Shown here: piece by piece, positions 35,122 to 46,200 of the stretch
How the letters are laid out: every line of letters begins with the position of its first letter
How positions within the stretch are numbered: the stretch's first letter is position 1
NCBI GenBank assembly: GCA_030390025.1
Contig: CM059432.1
Span: 85,500,001 to 85,564,000, forward strand
Reading direction: 5' to 3'
DNA: 64,000 nucleotides
Source: Squalus acanthias
Lineage: Eukaryota
Notes under the pieces: generated by a model
The model's database searches: none
Seen by the model: only the letters and a program-made list of their open reading frames with translations
What the model was told of the DNA's origin: nothing
Position numbers and translations under genes: made by a program

Positions 35122-36212
35122 GTAGTTAACAGTTGGTGAGTCAATCGCAACTTTAACAGTTCAAAATACAAATAGCTTGCATTTCTTATCAGAGATCCTT
35201 ATTCTCAAATCTTAGCTTCGTTACATTTTTACACTTCTACTTATTCTTAATCCAGAATATCCACCAAAATCAAATAAAAGTACCTTTTGATCCCCGAGAC
35301 TCAAAGAGTTAAAAACTTACAGAGCCTGCCTCTGAAGTTGAGAATCGCTTTGCCCCTTCCAGTGACTTCTGATTTCCTATCTGAAAGCTCCATATTTTAT
35401 ACACTTTTTGCAGTGGCATATTCTTTGAAGTTTTCTGTTGATGTAAGCTAATTATCTCCAGTCATCTTTCTGTTGACTTCTTTCTATTCTTACTGTCAAT
35501 TCAGCTGCTAACTTGCAGAATTCTGTCTCTACCTTTAGGTGTTTGAAACTTATCATAAAATATGGTTATAACAGATTTATCTATTTGATGCGATTCTTAG
35601 GAAGTTCTTCTATTGAATTCTTAAATTACTTTAACTGCTTGTAAGCCAGACTTCGCGTCTCCTTGTGTTCCAAGTTTAACACATAAACAATGTGATTGCT
35701 TGGTGCATCTATTGATGTAATATTTATAAAGTCTTCTGTTTGTACCTTTTACTATATGTAAATCAAAAACACTTCAGCCGAGTACTTGATTGTTTCCCCA
35801 GCCATCTTAGTTGGTTGTATTACAAACTTATGTTTCCTGTCTTTCATTTGATGTTACTTTTACAAAGACACATGGTTTGTTAATGTTCTATGTTTCTGTT
35901 CGAAGTGTTAGTTTTTAACACTTTAAACTGAGTATAGCTATTGTGTTGGTTCCAAACTGCAGACTTCTTGGAACCTCCAACCCTCTGTTTCAATGAGGCC
36001 ATTGTCTCAGTGTCAATAACCAATTCCCATTTCAAAAGCTTGTATGGTGTTTACAGCTTTGTGACTCATCTTATCTCAGAAGCCTGTATTTACAGCTTTG
36101 TGTCGTTGAGGCTTTTAGATTTTTAAACCCAGTTTGTCATATTTTAGTAAAGTCTGAATTATGTTTGTAGGATGGTGTATTTTTCTGAATAGGTATGGCT
36201 CATTCCTTTACA
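35122..36212 (-). repeat. 5' LTR, truncated (U3 plus most of R; distal R, U5 and PBS missing)
   Basis: 1091-bp ungapped direct repeat of 30133-31223. Identity stops before the polyA signal. Confidence 0.93.
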
Positions 36213-37267
36213 AGGCATGAAGGGCATTAGATATTAGAAAGTACTAGGCAAATTAGAGGTATTAAGAATAATGTTATGAGGGGGCATTGGGTGTTAGAAT
36301 TAAAAGAGACATTGAGAATGAAGTGTATCAGACACAGCACAGAGGAAAGAGTGCCATCAGATACTATATAGAATAGGCATGGAGAGAGAAAGGCAAATAT
36401 CCCACCAAATGTTAATTATTAGGCGCTCTGAACTGGAAAATTAAGTGAAGATTGAAGAAGGGGTTGAGAAAATAAAAGGAAACAGCACAAGATTTATAAA
36501 AAAAGCAAAACAGTACTGAAGAAAATTGATGCCAGAAACATAAGGCTGTGGGTGGGTTACCGTAGGATCTTGAAGCTTCAATATGTACTACCATAAAGAG
36601 ATCAAATATGGGTTTGCCCTGCTTGTTGCTGCTCCACTTAATTACTTGTCTGAGTTGTTTTATTGTGAAGTACTGAGGTTAAGTTCAATGTTTCCCCAAC
36701 AGGAGGGAAAATTATTAGAAATTGCCTCTATTAATGGAGACCTGATTGCAGTTCACCAACCTGCCCTCTCGGCTGTGGCTGTTGTGCTATTCAGCAAGAC
36801 CTGAACAATAGGTTGGAGAAAATAAGTTCAAAATAAAATAAATGGATGCATACTCGACCCCCATGCCCTCCCCACCCCAAGTCAGAAAAGAAATTAGAGT
36901 TTTCACACTGTCAGAGATAGTACGAGCTTTCAGTCTGCTGCCATGATACCAATCACTAAAAATGTCACCCCTAGCATTGACAGTTCTGTTAGTTCATAAT
37001 ATTAATCTGCTGGGGGATAAAATATTGCACCACGAAAAGCAAAGCTGTAAATAAAAATTAAAAGTATTAGCAACAAGGAGATAAGTATTTTTATCCTCCA
37101 AGATGTGAATGGTGACATAATTTTTAAAATTACCACCTAAAGTAGTGATATAAAATCTATCCAATGCCTCTTTCCCTCCCACAGATACCAGGCACAGAGT
37201 TATGAGTGAAAACAGCAAGTTTAACAAAATTAATCACTTCAGCAAATGTCCAACATTATGTTATAAT

Positions 37268-38031
37268 GGCCTAGAAATTCGCGTGGCCGGCTTGCCGCGG
37301 GGGTAAGGATCGCGCGCGCTCTTACCCACCGCGCCTGCCGTTGTGTTTTGGGCCCACGGGAACTTCGGGTCCCGGGCCTCTCCCAAGAGCCGGCGCGCAG
37401 TGCTTGCGTGTCCCAGGAGCGCAGTTAGTGCGATGCGACCCCTGGGATCACGTGGGCATGGAGAGCCAATGGCAGCAGACCATCTTTCATTCATAGATTT
37501 GACAGGAGACCTGTCAAATCTGTGAATTGAAATCGGCCCCAAAAGAACAGCTAAACTTCAAATATATATTTTTTTTAAACCATCACATTTATAAAATAAC
37601 TATCGTTAAATAAATTAACCACTTTAAACAAAAATTTAAATTTTTGAAAAAATTAAAATACTTTTTAAAAGTTATAAAAATAAACTTACCTTTCTTTAAA
37701 GTATCTAAAAAAGATAAACCTGTTTAAAAATATTTAAAATTATACTTAATTAACTACTTACCTTGTTCAAAAGGGGTCTTACGCCTCCTTTTTACTAGCG
37801 TAGAATCTTCAATACTTACCCTCGCGTTGAAACCTGAAAAAAAATCTAAGTGTGCTGCGTGCGCGCAGCCTTTAGCACGCACGCGGTTCACCTAGGAACC
37901 GCCCCCTTCACCATACCGGAAGTGCCGGTTTCCCGCGCATGCGCAGTGCATGCAGGAAACCGGCACTTCGGGAATGAATACGGGTGAGTACGGACTGTGT
38001 ACTCACCCGGGAACGGCCGAATTTTTGGGCC
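37268..38031. mobile_element. Harbinger-type MITE (same family as 56130-56874)
   Basis: TIRs GGCCTAGAAATTCG and CGAATTTTTGGGCC with AAT TSD. Collinear with 56130-56874. Confidence 0.88.
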
Positions 38032-38797
38032 AATAATTACCAGCAGAAGGAGTGATTTCAAGGGTTAATCTGATCTTGGGCTTCAGTTGATGTTCCTGAG
38101 TTGCTCTCACTTCACTCTTGTGACTCAATCTCATGTGAATTTTTTTTAATGCTGGATTCACATTGCCTCTCTGCCACCAGTGGCATCTATACCCTTGGAA
38201 GCAAGCCAGTAAACAACGTGCAGGTGCTGCCAAAAGACATGATTCCACCAAAAGAGGAGGTTCCCACTGGTGCTTCAGGCAGCAGCAAAAACAGATTGCC
38301 AAATGTTCTGTTCAGAAATAGATGAGCTAGTCAGACTGGCAATATGCCACAGCAAAGCTGTTTTGTACTCGCTAATCTGCATGGACTTTGCCCAGCTATT
38401 AAGGATGTTATGGCCATCAGCTGTACAGTTGAGCTGACTTACATGAAAACCACCATGAGATATAAATGAGGTGGTTTCTACAGTACCCAAGACTAAAAGC
38501 TGGTATCAGAACTGCTTCCTGCTGTCTATTAGTCTTTGTGAAACATTACACATAGATTTGTGCATCTGACTATAAGTAAGAGCTCCATAACTGTAAGGAA
38601 CGTGCGTTCCAGCATTCTGTTTAACTTTACTGTAGGAGCTGATAGAAGGGTAGCTTATCCCAGTAGTTTTAAGGTAACATTATCATTTTATGTTGTATAA
38701 ATTTTGCCAGTGAAAGTTCTCTTCAGATGGAAAAATGGAACAAGTTTTTTCCAGCATTGCCCATTTTTCTATGTAAATAGTTCAAACAGATGATAAA

Positions 38798-39436
38798 GGG
38801 GGAAAAATTCGGTTGCTTTGCGAAATTCAGCGGGAGGTTAGCGGCGGCGGTGGCCGGTAGCACAGCGCTGCACCTCCGGTGATGACGTCATCGGCGGCGC
38901 AGCACTCCGCTCGCGCCTCATCCGCAAACTTCGCTCGCACACCCTGACCTACCACCGGACACTAAGTCCGACAGGGTCAGGGTGCTGTGTTTGCAGCCTC
39001 GGCGGCACAAATTAAAGGGCAGGTGCCGGGCGGCTTTTTTTTTGGGCCGCCTGCCAACACCTGCGCCCTCTCGCCTCCTCCTGCGGGGTGCCAGCCTTGA
39101 TCGGTGAGCCCGGCACTCCTTTTGAGTGCCGGGCTCTTTGGCGGCACCCCACTCCCCGATGGTCCAGCAGGGCCCCGCTGTGCGCTGCGCTAGGCCCCTC
39201 CCCTTTAATCAGAGCAGGGAGGCCTGTAGTACCGTGGTGCTATGTGCCGACTCGCGTGGCGCTGCTGCACGTAGCACCGCGATATTCAATGGGAGCGCCC
39301 CAAGAGGGAGGCGGAGCACTTCCAGTAGTGCCCTGCCTCCTGCTTGGCCGCAGGGGCGCTAACTTTTTCAGGGTGCTAAAAGTAGTGCCCCGGCGAAGTT
39401 AGCGCCCCAAAGGGGGCGTGACCCAATTTTTCCCCC
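38798..39436. mobile_element. Harbinger-type MITE
   Basis: TIRs GGGGGAAAAATT and AATTTTTCCCCC with AAA on both flanks. Reverse-oriented relative of 58891-59602. Confidence 0.82.
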
Positions 39437-42302
39437 AAAGATTTTCTGTAGTTTACTTTCTTTAAAAATGAAAGAATGATTTGTGAAATACAAACCTTAA
39501 TTTGATTCAAATACATTGGGCTGAATTTTCCGTGGTGGTAGCAGGCGCGATCGGTGGTGGGTCGGGTGGGAAAATTGTTTTTTTTTGACAGCGGGTCGGG
39601 AACCCAACCCACCCATCATTGGGGATAAAGTACCCCCCAGTGTTGCTCCTTGGTGCTTGTGCTTTGATTCATTGTGTGACATCCAAGCTACAGCTGCCTT
39701 GTGGAAGCAGTAAGCCTGCTGGGATTCTTGTCGCCCTCGGCTCATTCTTGACTGTCATTGCGTGGGCTCAGATGCTCTTAGAAACTTTTAGTAACCCACA
39801 GTTTACCTATAAATAGCACACCGAACAGAAATTTCTAGGCTGCAATGCCATATGTGCTGTCTTTCTCCTCTGGCTATCATCTTAAATAATTTACAGGATC
39901 ACTAAAACTATAAAACAGCTGAATCCAATAATAGGTTATGAACTAGTATGAAATTTTAGTTCTGTGATTCAATATAATTTTCCCAAAAATGAAAGCTACA
40001 TTACATTGCAATTTTATTATAAAATTCGAAAAGGACTTAGCAAGATAATGACATCCTGAAAAATCTAATTAAAATTCCATTTTGTAAGAGAGAAATATCC
40101 ATTAAAAATAATCCTGCATTTATTATACATGGTCCTGTAGTTATTAAATAAACAACCAGAAATTTCCAGCAGTTACTGTGACAATGATTCTAAGAAGTCT
40201 GGATTTTTCTCAGGCTCTATTTTCATTTTTAATCTCTCTCCTGTTTTACATCACTCTCAAATGCTACCATTTTCATTTTGTTCCTTGGCCTATATTCATG
40301 TTTCTATTTATATCTCCCTGAGGGAAGATTTCCTCTGTAGGCTATTTATAGCAAAATCGTTAATGCCTTCTTTATATAGGAATTCTTTTCTACCATCTGT
40401 ATTCATATCACGCACTCCCTTCTGTTTTCATGCCACTTGTGGAGCGACTAGAGAAACTGGGACTCTTCTCCTTACAGCAGAGAAGGTTGAGTTACAGTAA
40501 CTGTTACTGTACATCTGTGGAGATTTTCATTGCTTTCCATTTAGAGAATACTGTTATCATCTGCATGCTAATGCCCAACACTAAAACAGAACTATCAGAG
40601 AAACAATATACCTTCCCAGATCAGTGATTTGTTTCAATTGTGTGAACCCCACTGTCGTTCATGTGTAAAATGTATTTGCTGTCAAGCCAAAAGAATCAAT
40701 GGAAATAAACAGTCCCCAAATAATAACTAACATAAATCTCCTATTGAAGCATCCCATAATAGTGAGAGAAGCATCTTCTCTCACTGGCAATTAAAAATAG
40801 AATTTAGCCAATCTTAATCCATTTCCCAATGCCTGTGACTACAGTACAAAACTACCCATAATTCAACAATAATTAGCATTGACTGTACAAGAGTACAGAA
40901 ATGAGAGGATAGAGCAGATGAGTGCGTGGCTGCAGAGACGTTGCAGGAGGGAGGGCTTTAGATTCCTGAAGCATTGGGTCTGGTTCTGGGGGAGGTGGGA
41001 CCTGTACAAGCCGGACGGGTTGCACCTTAACAGGGCTGGGACCAATATCCTTGCGGGGAGGTTTGCTAGTGGTGTTGGGGACGGTTTAAACTACCTTGGC
41101 AAGGGATGGGAACCTGAGCATAGATTCAGAAGGGAGAGAATGCAAGCTGGAAATGGAAGGCAGTAAATTAGTAAGTGAGTTTGGAAGGCAGAGGAAACAA
41201 AGGCTAGAAAATAGACAACACAGGGGTTTGGCAGTACTTAATGTTATATACTTCAATGCAAGGAGTCTATTAAATAAGGCAGATGAGCTGAGGGCACAGA
41301 TAGACATGCGGAAGTATGATATTGTAGCTATTACTGAAACATGGCTGAAAGAAGAGCAGTTCAACATTCCTGGTTACAGGGTTTTCACACGAGATAGAGA
41401 GGGGGATAAAAAAGGAGGAGGGATTGCAATACTGGTTAAAGGAACAATTACAGCTGTGAGGAGGGATGATATGTTAGAAGGATCATCAAATGAGGCCCTA
41501 TGGGTTGAACTGAAGAACAAAAAAGGGGCAATTACACTGCTGGGGGGTGTACTATAGACCCCCAAATAGTCAGAGGTAAATAGAAGAGCAAATATGTAGG
41601 CAAATTTTTGAGAAGTGCAAAAACAATAGGGCAGTAATAGTGGGGGATTTCAACTACCCAAACATTAACTGGGATAGCATCAGTGTAAAAGGTATAGAGG
41701 GTGCAGAGTTCTTAAATGCATTCAGGAGAACTTTTTAGCCAGTACGTAGCAAGTCCAACAAGAGAGGGGGTGGTTCTGGACTTAGTTTTAGGGAATAAAA
41801 CTGGGCAGGTGGAAGGGGTATCAGTGGGAGACCATTTTGGTGTTCGTGATCATAATTCAGGTAGATTTAGCGTAGTTATGGAAAAGGACAAAGATGGACC
41901 AGGAGTAAAAGTTCTCAATTGGGGAAAGGCCAATTTTACTAAGCTGAGATGCGATTTAGCAAAAGTGGACTGGAAACAGCTACTTGAAGGTAATTCCATG
42001 TCAGAGCAGTGGGAGGCATTCAAGGAGATAGTGAGGGTTCAGAGCAAATATGTTCCCACAAAGAAAAAGGGTGGGACTCCCAAATTTAGAGCCCCCGGAT
42101 GTCAAAGGGCAAAAAAGGTTGGAGAAGGCAAAAAAGGGAAGCTTATATCAGATACCGAGAGCTAAATACTACAGAACGCCTAGAGGCGTATAGAAAGTGC
42201 AGAGTTGAAATTAAAAAGGAAATTAGGAAAGCAAAGAGAGGGCATGAAAAAATATTGGCAAGTAAAATCAAGCAAAACCCAAAGATGTTTTATAAATACA
42301 TA

Positions 42303-43126
42303 GGCCGGAATTTTCCCCATGGTGGCGGGTTGGGGGAGGGGGGCCTCCGAGGTGGGCGGGAAACCCGGGAGGCTGGGTTTCCCACAGGCCCTGCCGACTT
42401 TAACGGCAGGGCCTGATTTGAATGTGAGGCTTTGGATTCCCGGCCGCAGCCAGCCAGATTGAGAGGCTGGCTGGCTGCGGGCGGTTAGGCCTCAGAAGCG
42501 AGGGGCCGTTCCGGGGGAGGGATCGTGGGAGGAGGATCGGCAATCGGCAGGGGTCGGGGATCGGGAGGGGGGAGAGAGCATTGGCAGGGGTCAGGGATCG
42601 CTAGGGGGCAGTCGGCCAGGGATTGGTGGGGGGGGGGGGGGGTCGGTTGGGGATCGGCAGTGGGGGAGAGAGGATTGGGGCCAGCCACCAGAGGATCATG
42701 GCTGGTCTCATCATCATCATTGGGGGGGAGGCCTGGGGGGGTGGGGGAGGCCTGGGAAGGTGATCGGAGGCCCGGGGTGGGGTCTCCGATCGCGAGGTGT
42801 GGGTTAGGTATGGACTCTGGATCCAGGAGGTAGGTATAAAGCCACTTGTCCCCTGGATCCAGCAGTCCCCGCCTCGGTTTAACTACCGGGTATCCCCAGG
42901 CAGTTAAACACATGGAGGGGAAAAAAGAGGCTGCCAGCCTCATTACAATATTTAAATTGAGATAACGCCCCCTCGGAACGGATTGGTCGTCCGCCCCCCC
43001 CGTCCCGCCCCCGGTAATATCGGAAGTGGGCGGGTTGGAGTCGGGATCAGGTTGGGAATCCCATTTTTAACACTTTAACTGCCCCACGATCCAAACCCAC
43101 CCTTTTTTTAGGGGAAAATTCTGGCC
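42303..43126. mobile_element. Harbinger-type MITE inserted in CR1 ORF2
   Basis: TIRs GGCCGGAATTTTCCCC and GGGGAAAATTCTGGCC with ATA TSD. Removing it restores CR1 YKYIKSKR. Confidence 0.93.
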
Positions 43127-43180
43127 ATAAAGAGCAAGAGGATAACTAAAGAAAGAGAAAGGCCTATTAGAGACCAAAAA

Positions 43181-43265
43181 GGTAACCTATGTGTGGAGGC
43201 GGAAGATGTGGGTAACCTATGTGTGGAGGTGGAAGATGTGGGTAACCTATGTGTGGAGGTGGAAG
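43181..43265 (+). repeat. 30-bp tandem repeat (about 2.8 copies) inside CR1 ORF2
   Basis: ggtaacctatgtgtggaggYggaagatgtg is repeated. Confidence 0.9.
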
Positions 43266-46200
43266 GGGTATCAGTGGGAGACCATTTTGGTGGTAGTGAT
43301 CATAATTCAGGTAGATTTAGCGTAGTTATGGAAAAGGACAAAGATGGACCAGGAGTATGCATACTTTGCGTCTGTCTTCACAAAAAAGAGGAACAATGCA
43401 GACATTGCAGTTAAGGAGGAGGAATGTGAAATATTAGATGAGATAAACATAGTGAGAGAGAAAGTATTAAGGGGTTTAGCATCTTTGAAAGTAGATAAAT
43501 CACCAGGCCCAGATGGAATGTATCCCAGGCTGTTAAGAGAAGCAAGGGAGGAAATAGCAGAGGCTCTGACCATCATTTTCCAATCCTCTCTGGCTACAGG
43601 TGTGCTGCCGGAGGACTGAGGACTGCTAACGTTGTACCATTGTTTTAAAAGGGAGAAAGGGATAGACCGAGTAATTACAGGCCAGTCAGCCTAACCTCAG
43701 TGGTGGGAAAATTATAGGCAAAAATTCTGAGGGACTGTATTAACCGTCATTTAGAAAGGCACGGATTAATCAAGGATAATCAGCATGGATTTGTTAAGGG
43801 AAGGTCGTGTCTGGCTAACTTGATTGAATTTTTTGAGGAGGTAACAAGGAGGGTCAATGAGTGTAGCACGTTTGATGTAGTCTGCATGGATTTTAGCAAG
43901 GCTTTTGACAAGGTCCCACATGGCAGACTGGTCAGAAAAGTAAAAGTCCATGGGTTCCATGGGAAAGTGGCAAGTTGGATCCAAAATTGGCTCAGTGGCT
44001 GGAAGCAAAGGGTAATGGTCAACGGATGTTTTTGTGACTGGAAGGCTGCTTCCAGTGGGGTTCTACAGGGCTCAGTACCAGGTCCCTTGCTTTTTGTGGT
44101 ATATATCAATGATTTAGACTTCAATGTAGGGGGCAGGATTAAGAAGTTTGCAGATGATACAAAAAATGGCCGTGTGGTTGATAGTGAGGAAGAAAGCTGT
44201 AGACAGGAAGACATCAATGGACTGGTCAGGTGGACAGAAAAGTGGCAAATAGAATTCAATCCGGAGAAGTGTGAGGTAATGCATTTGGGAGGGCTAACAA
44301 GGCAATAAATGGTAGGAGATTGAGAGGTGTAGAGGAACAGAGAGACCTTGGAGTGCATATCCACAGATTCCTGAAGGTAGCAGGACATGTAGATAAGGTG
44401 GTTAAGAAGGCATACAGGATACTTTCCTTTATTAGCCGAGGCATAGAGTATAAGAGTAGGGAGCTTATGCTTGAACTGTATGAAACACTAGTTAAGCCAC
44501 AGCTAGAGTACTGCATACAGTTCACATTACAGGAAAGATGTGATTGCACTAGAGAGGGTACAGAGGAGATTTACGAGGATGTTGCCAGGACTGGAGAATT
44601 TTAGCTATGAGGAAAGATTGGATAGGCTGGGGTTGTTTTCTTTGGAACAGAGGAGGCTGAGGGGAGAATTGATTGAGGTGTATAAAATTATGAGGGGCCT
44701 AGATAGAGTGGATAGGAAGGACCTATTTCCCTTAGCAGAGAAGTCAATAACCAGGGAGCATAGATTTAAAGTAATTGGTAGAAGGATTAGAGGAGAGTTG
44801 AGGAGAACTTTTCTGACCCAGAGGGTGGCGTGGGTCTGGAACTCACTGCTTGAAAGGGTGGTAGAGGCAGAAACCCTAATTGCATTTAAAATGTAGTTGG
44901 ATATGCACTTGAAGTGCCGTAACCTACAGGGCTACGGACCATGAGCTCGAAAGTGGAATTAAGCTGAATAGCTCTTTTCGGCCGGCACAGACATGATGGG
45001 CCGAATAGCCTCCTTCTGTGCCATAAATTTCTATGATTCTATGAATTTCCTCCCCAGCATCTTGTTGTTCTAATGTGCCAATGCAAGGAAAGAAATGCCT
45101 TTAATTTAAGAAATCTTTTATATTTGCTCGTGCTGAACTGCACTTTCTAACATTGAATAATATTGAAATTTTTTCTTTGTACAATTATATCTTCAAATAA
45201 AATTATGTCCATAGTTTTTAGTGGTTGTTACTATACTGTCAAAGATAAACCTACATGGCAAAACAGTACCTTTAAACACAAACCCTACCACTAACCTTCA
45301 AGAGTATAATACTCAGCTACCCAGAAAGGTCCATGCAACATAAAGGAAATGATATTTCAGAAAAATGGTTTTTTCGTCATCATTATAATAGATAGCAAGA
45401 ATCAGGCTTGTTAGCCCCACAGAAAGAGACACACATGCACATACACACTGAAATTCATCTACAGTCACATTTAGAACAAGCGTCAGATTAATTTTTTTGC
45501 CAACTGATGAACAAATGTGAAGCATTAGCTTAATGTTAAGGTTGACACTACAAGGCCCCTCTAGAAAGGTGGGCTGCCTACAGGTGATCTTCAAGACTGG
45601 TCTCAGTCTGTACAAGGAGCTACTGTAAAAATCATTGAAGAAAGGTTGCTGTGTTCTGTCTGAGGATATTTCTGGATAATTGTAATAGGCTTTGCTTCCT
45701 ATATTTAGCATTGAGGTGATGAAGCTCTTAGTAGTCACTTATTCTTTCCTTGAAGAATTGACAACTAATCAAGTCCTTCTCAAGGAATCATTCTGAGGGC
45801 TTTAAACACGTTCTGTATTTTTTAAAATGTGTTCCATGGTTTCTGTGCAGATTAATGTAATAATTAGTTTTATTTGATCATATAGTTTGAAGAAGATTTT
45901 TACTAGATGAAATTGTCTCTGTGGATTATGTTTAATAAAGGTTTAAAATGGCAGTTATTGCAAATGTTGGTCACAGAGAACAGTGATATTTCAGAAATGT
46001 TTTATGCCCCTAGAGTGAACTACAGTGAACAAATTAAAATCCACTTCAAAACCTGGAGCTAATTGTTTTGTTTGTTTTAAATTTATCCTTCCCATTTTGT
46101 CTCTCCTCCCCTGGGGACCACTCTCAGATTTCCACTGAGGATGTTCTGGGTAGCAGATTTCTCCATTGGCTACTGCTGGCTGGCAGAAAATGAGCTTATG

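Larger units (their letters stand above)
29769..36212 (-). mobile_element. Endogenous foamy-like (spuma-like) retrovirus, internally deleted and rearranged provirus
   Basis: TSD AGGC at 29765-29768 and 36213-36216, TG...CA termini, paired LTRs, PPT, and foamy-like Gag CA, PR, RNase H and IN sequence. Confidence 0.95.
40891..45044 (+). mobile_element. CR1 LINE of a second subfamily (ORF1 C-terminus plus disrupted ORF2), interrupted by a MITE
   Basis: ORF1 DGLHLNRAGT. ORF2 YFNARSL, AITETWL, KSPGPDG and KFADD. The 3' end is ttctatgattctatga, the typical CR1 octamer repeat. Confidence 0.95.

Noticed and set aside
35100..35125. Primer binding site next to the 5' LTR
   Set aside because: The adjacent sequence is duplicated protease sequence. 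U5 and the PBS are missing.
34107..35129. 340-aa + strand ORF as an intact antisense viral gene
   Set aside because: It is a chimera of antisense gag tail, inverted capsid sequence, a shifted frame and rearranged fragments, and it has no natural start.
43181..43265. CRISPR-like repeat array
   Set aside because: These are contiguous tandem copies without spacers inside a eukaryotic LINE.
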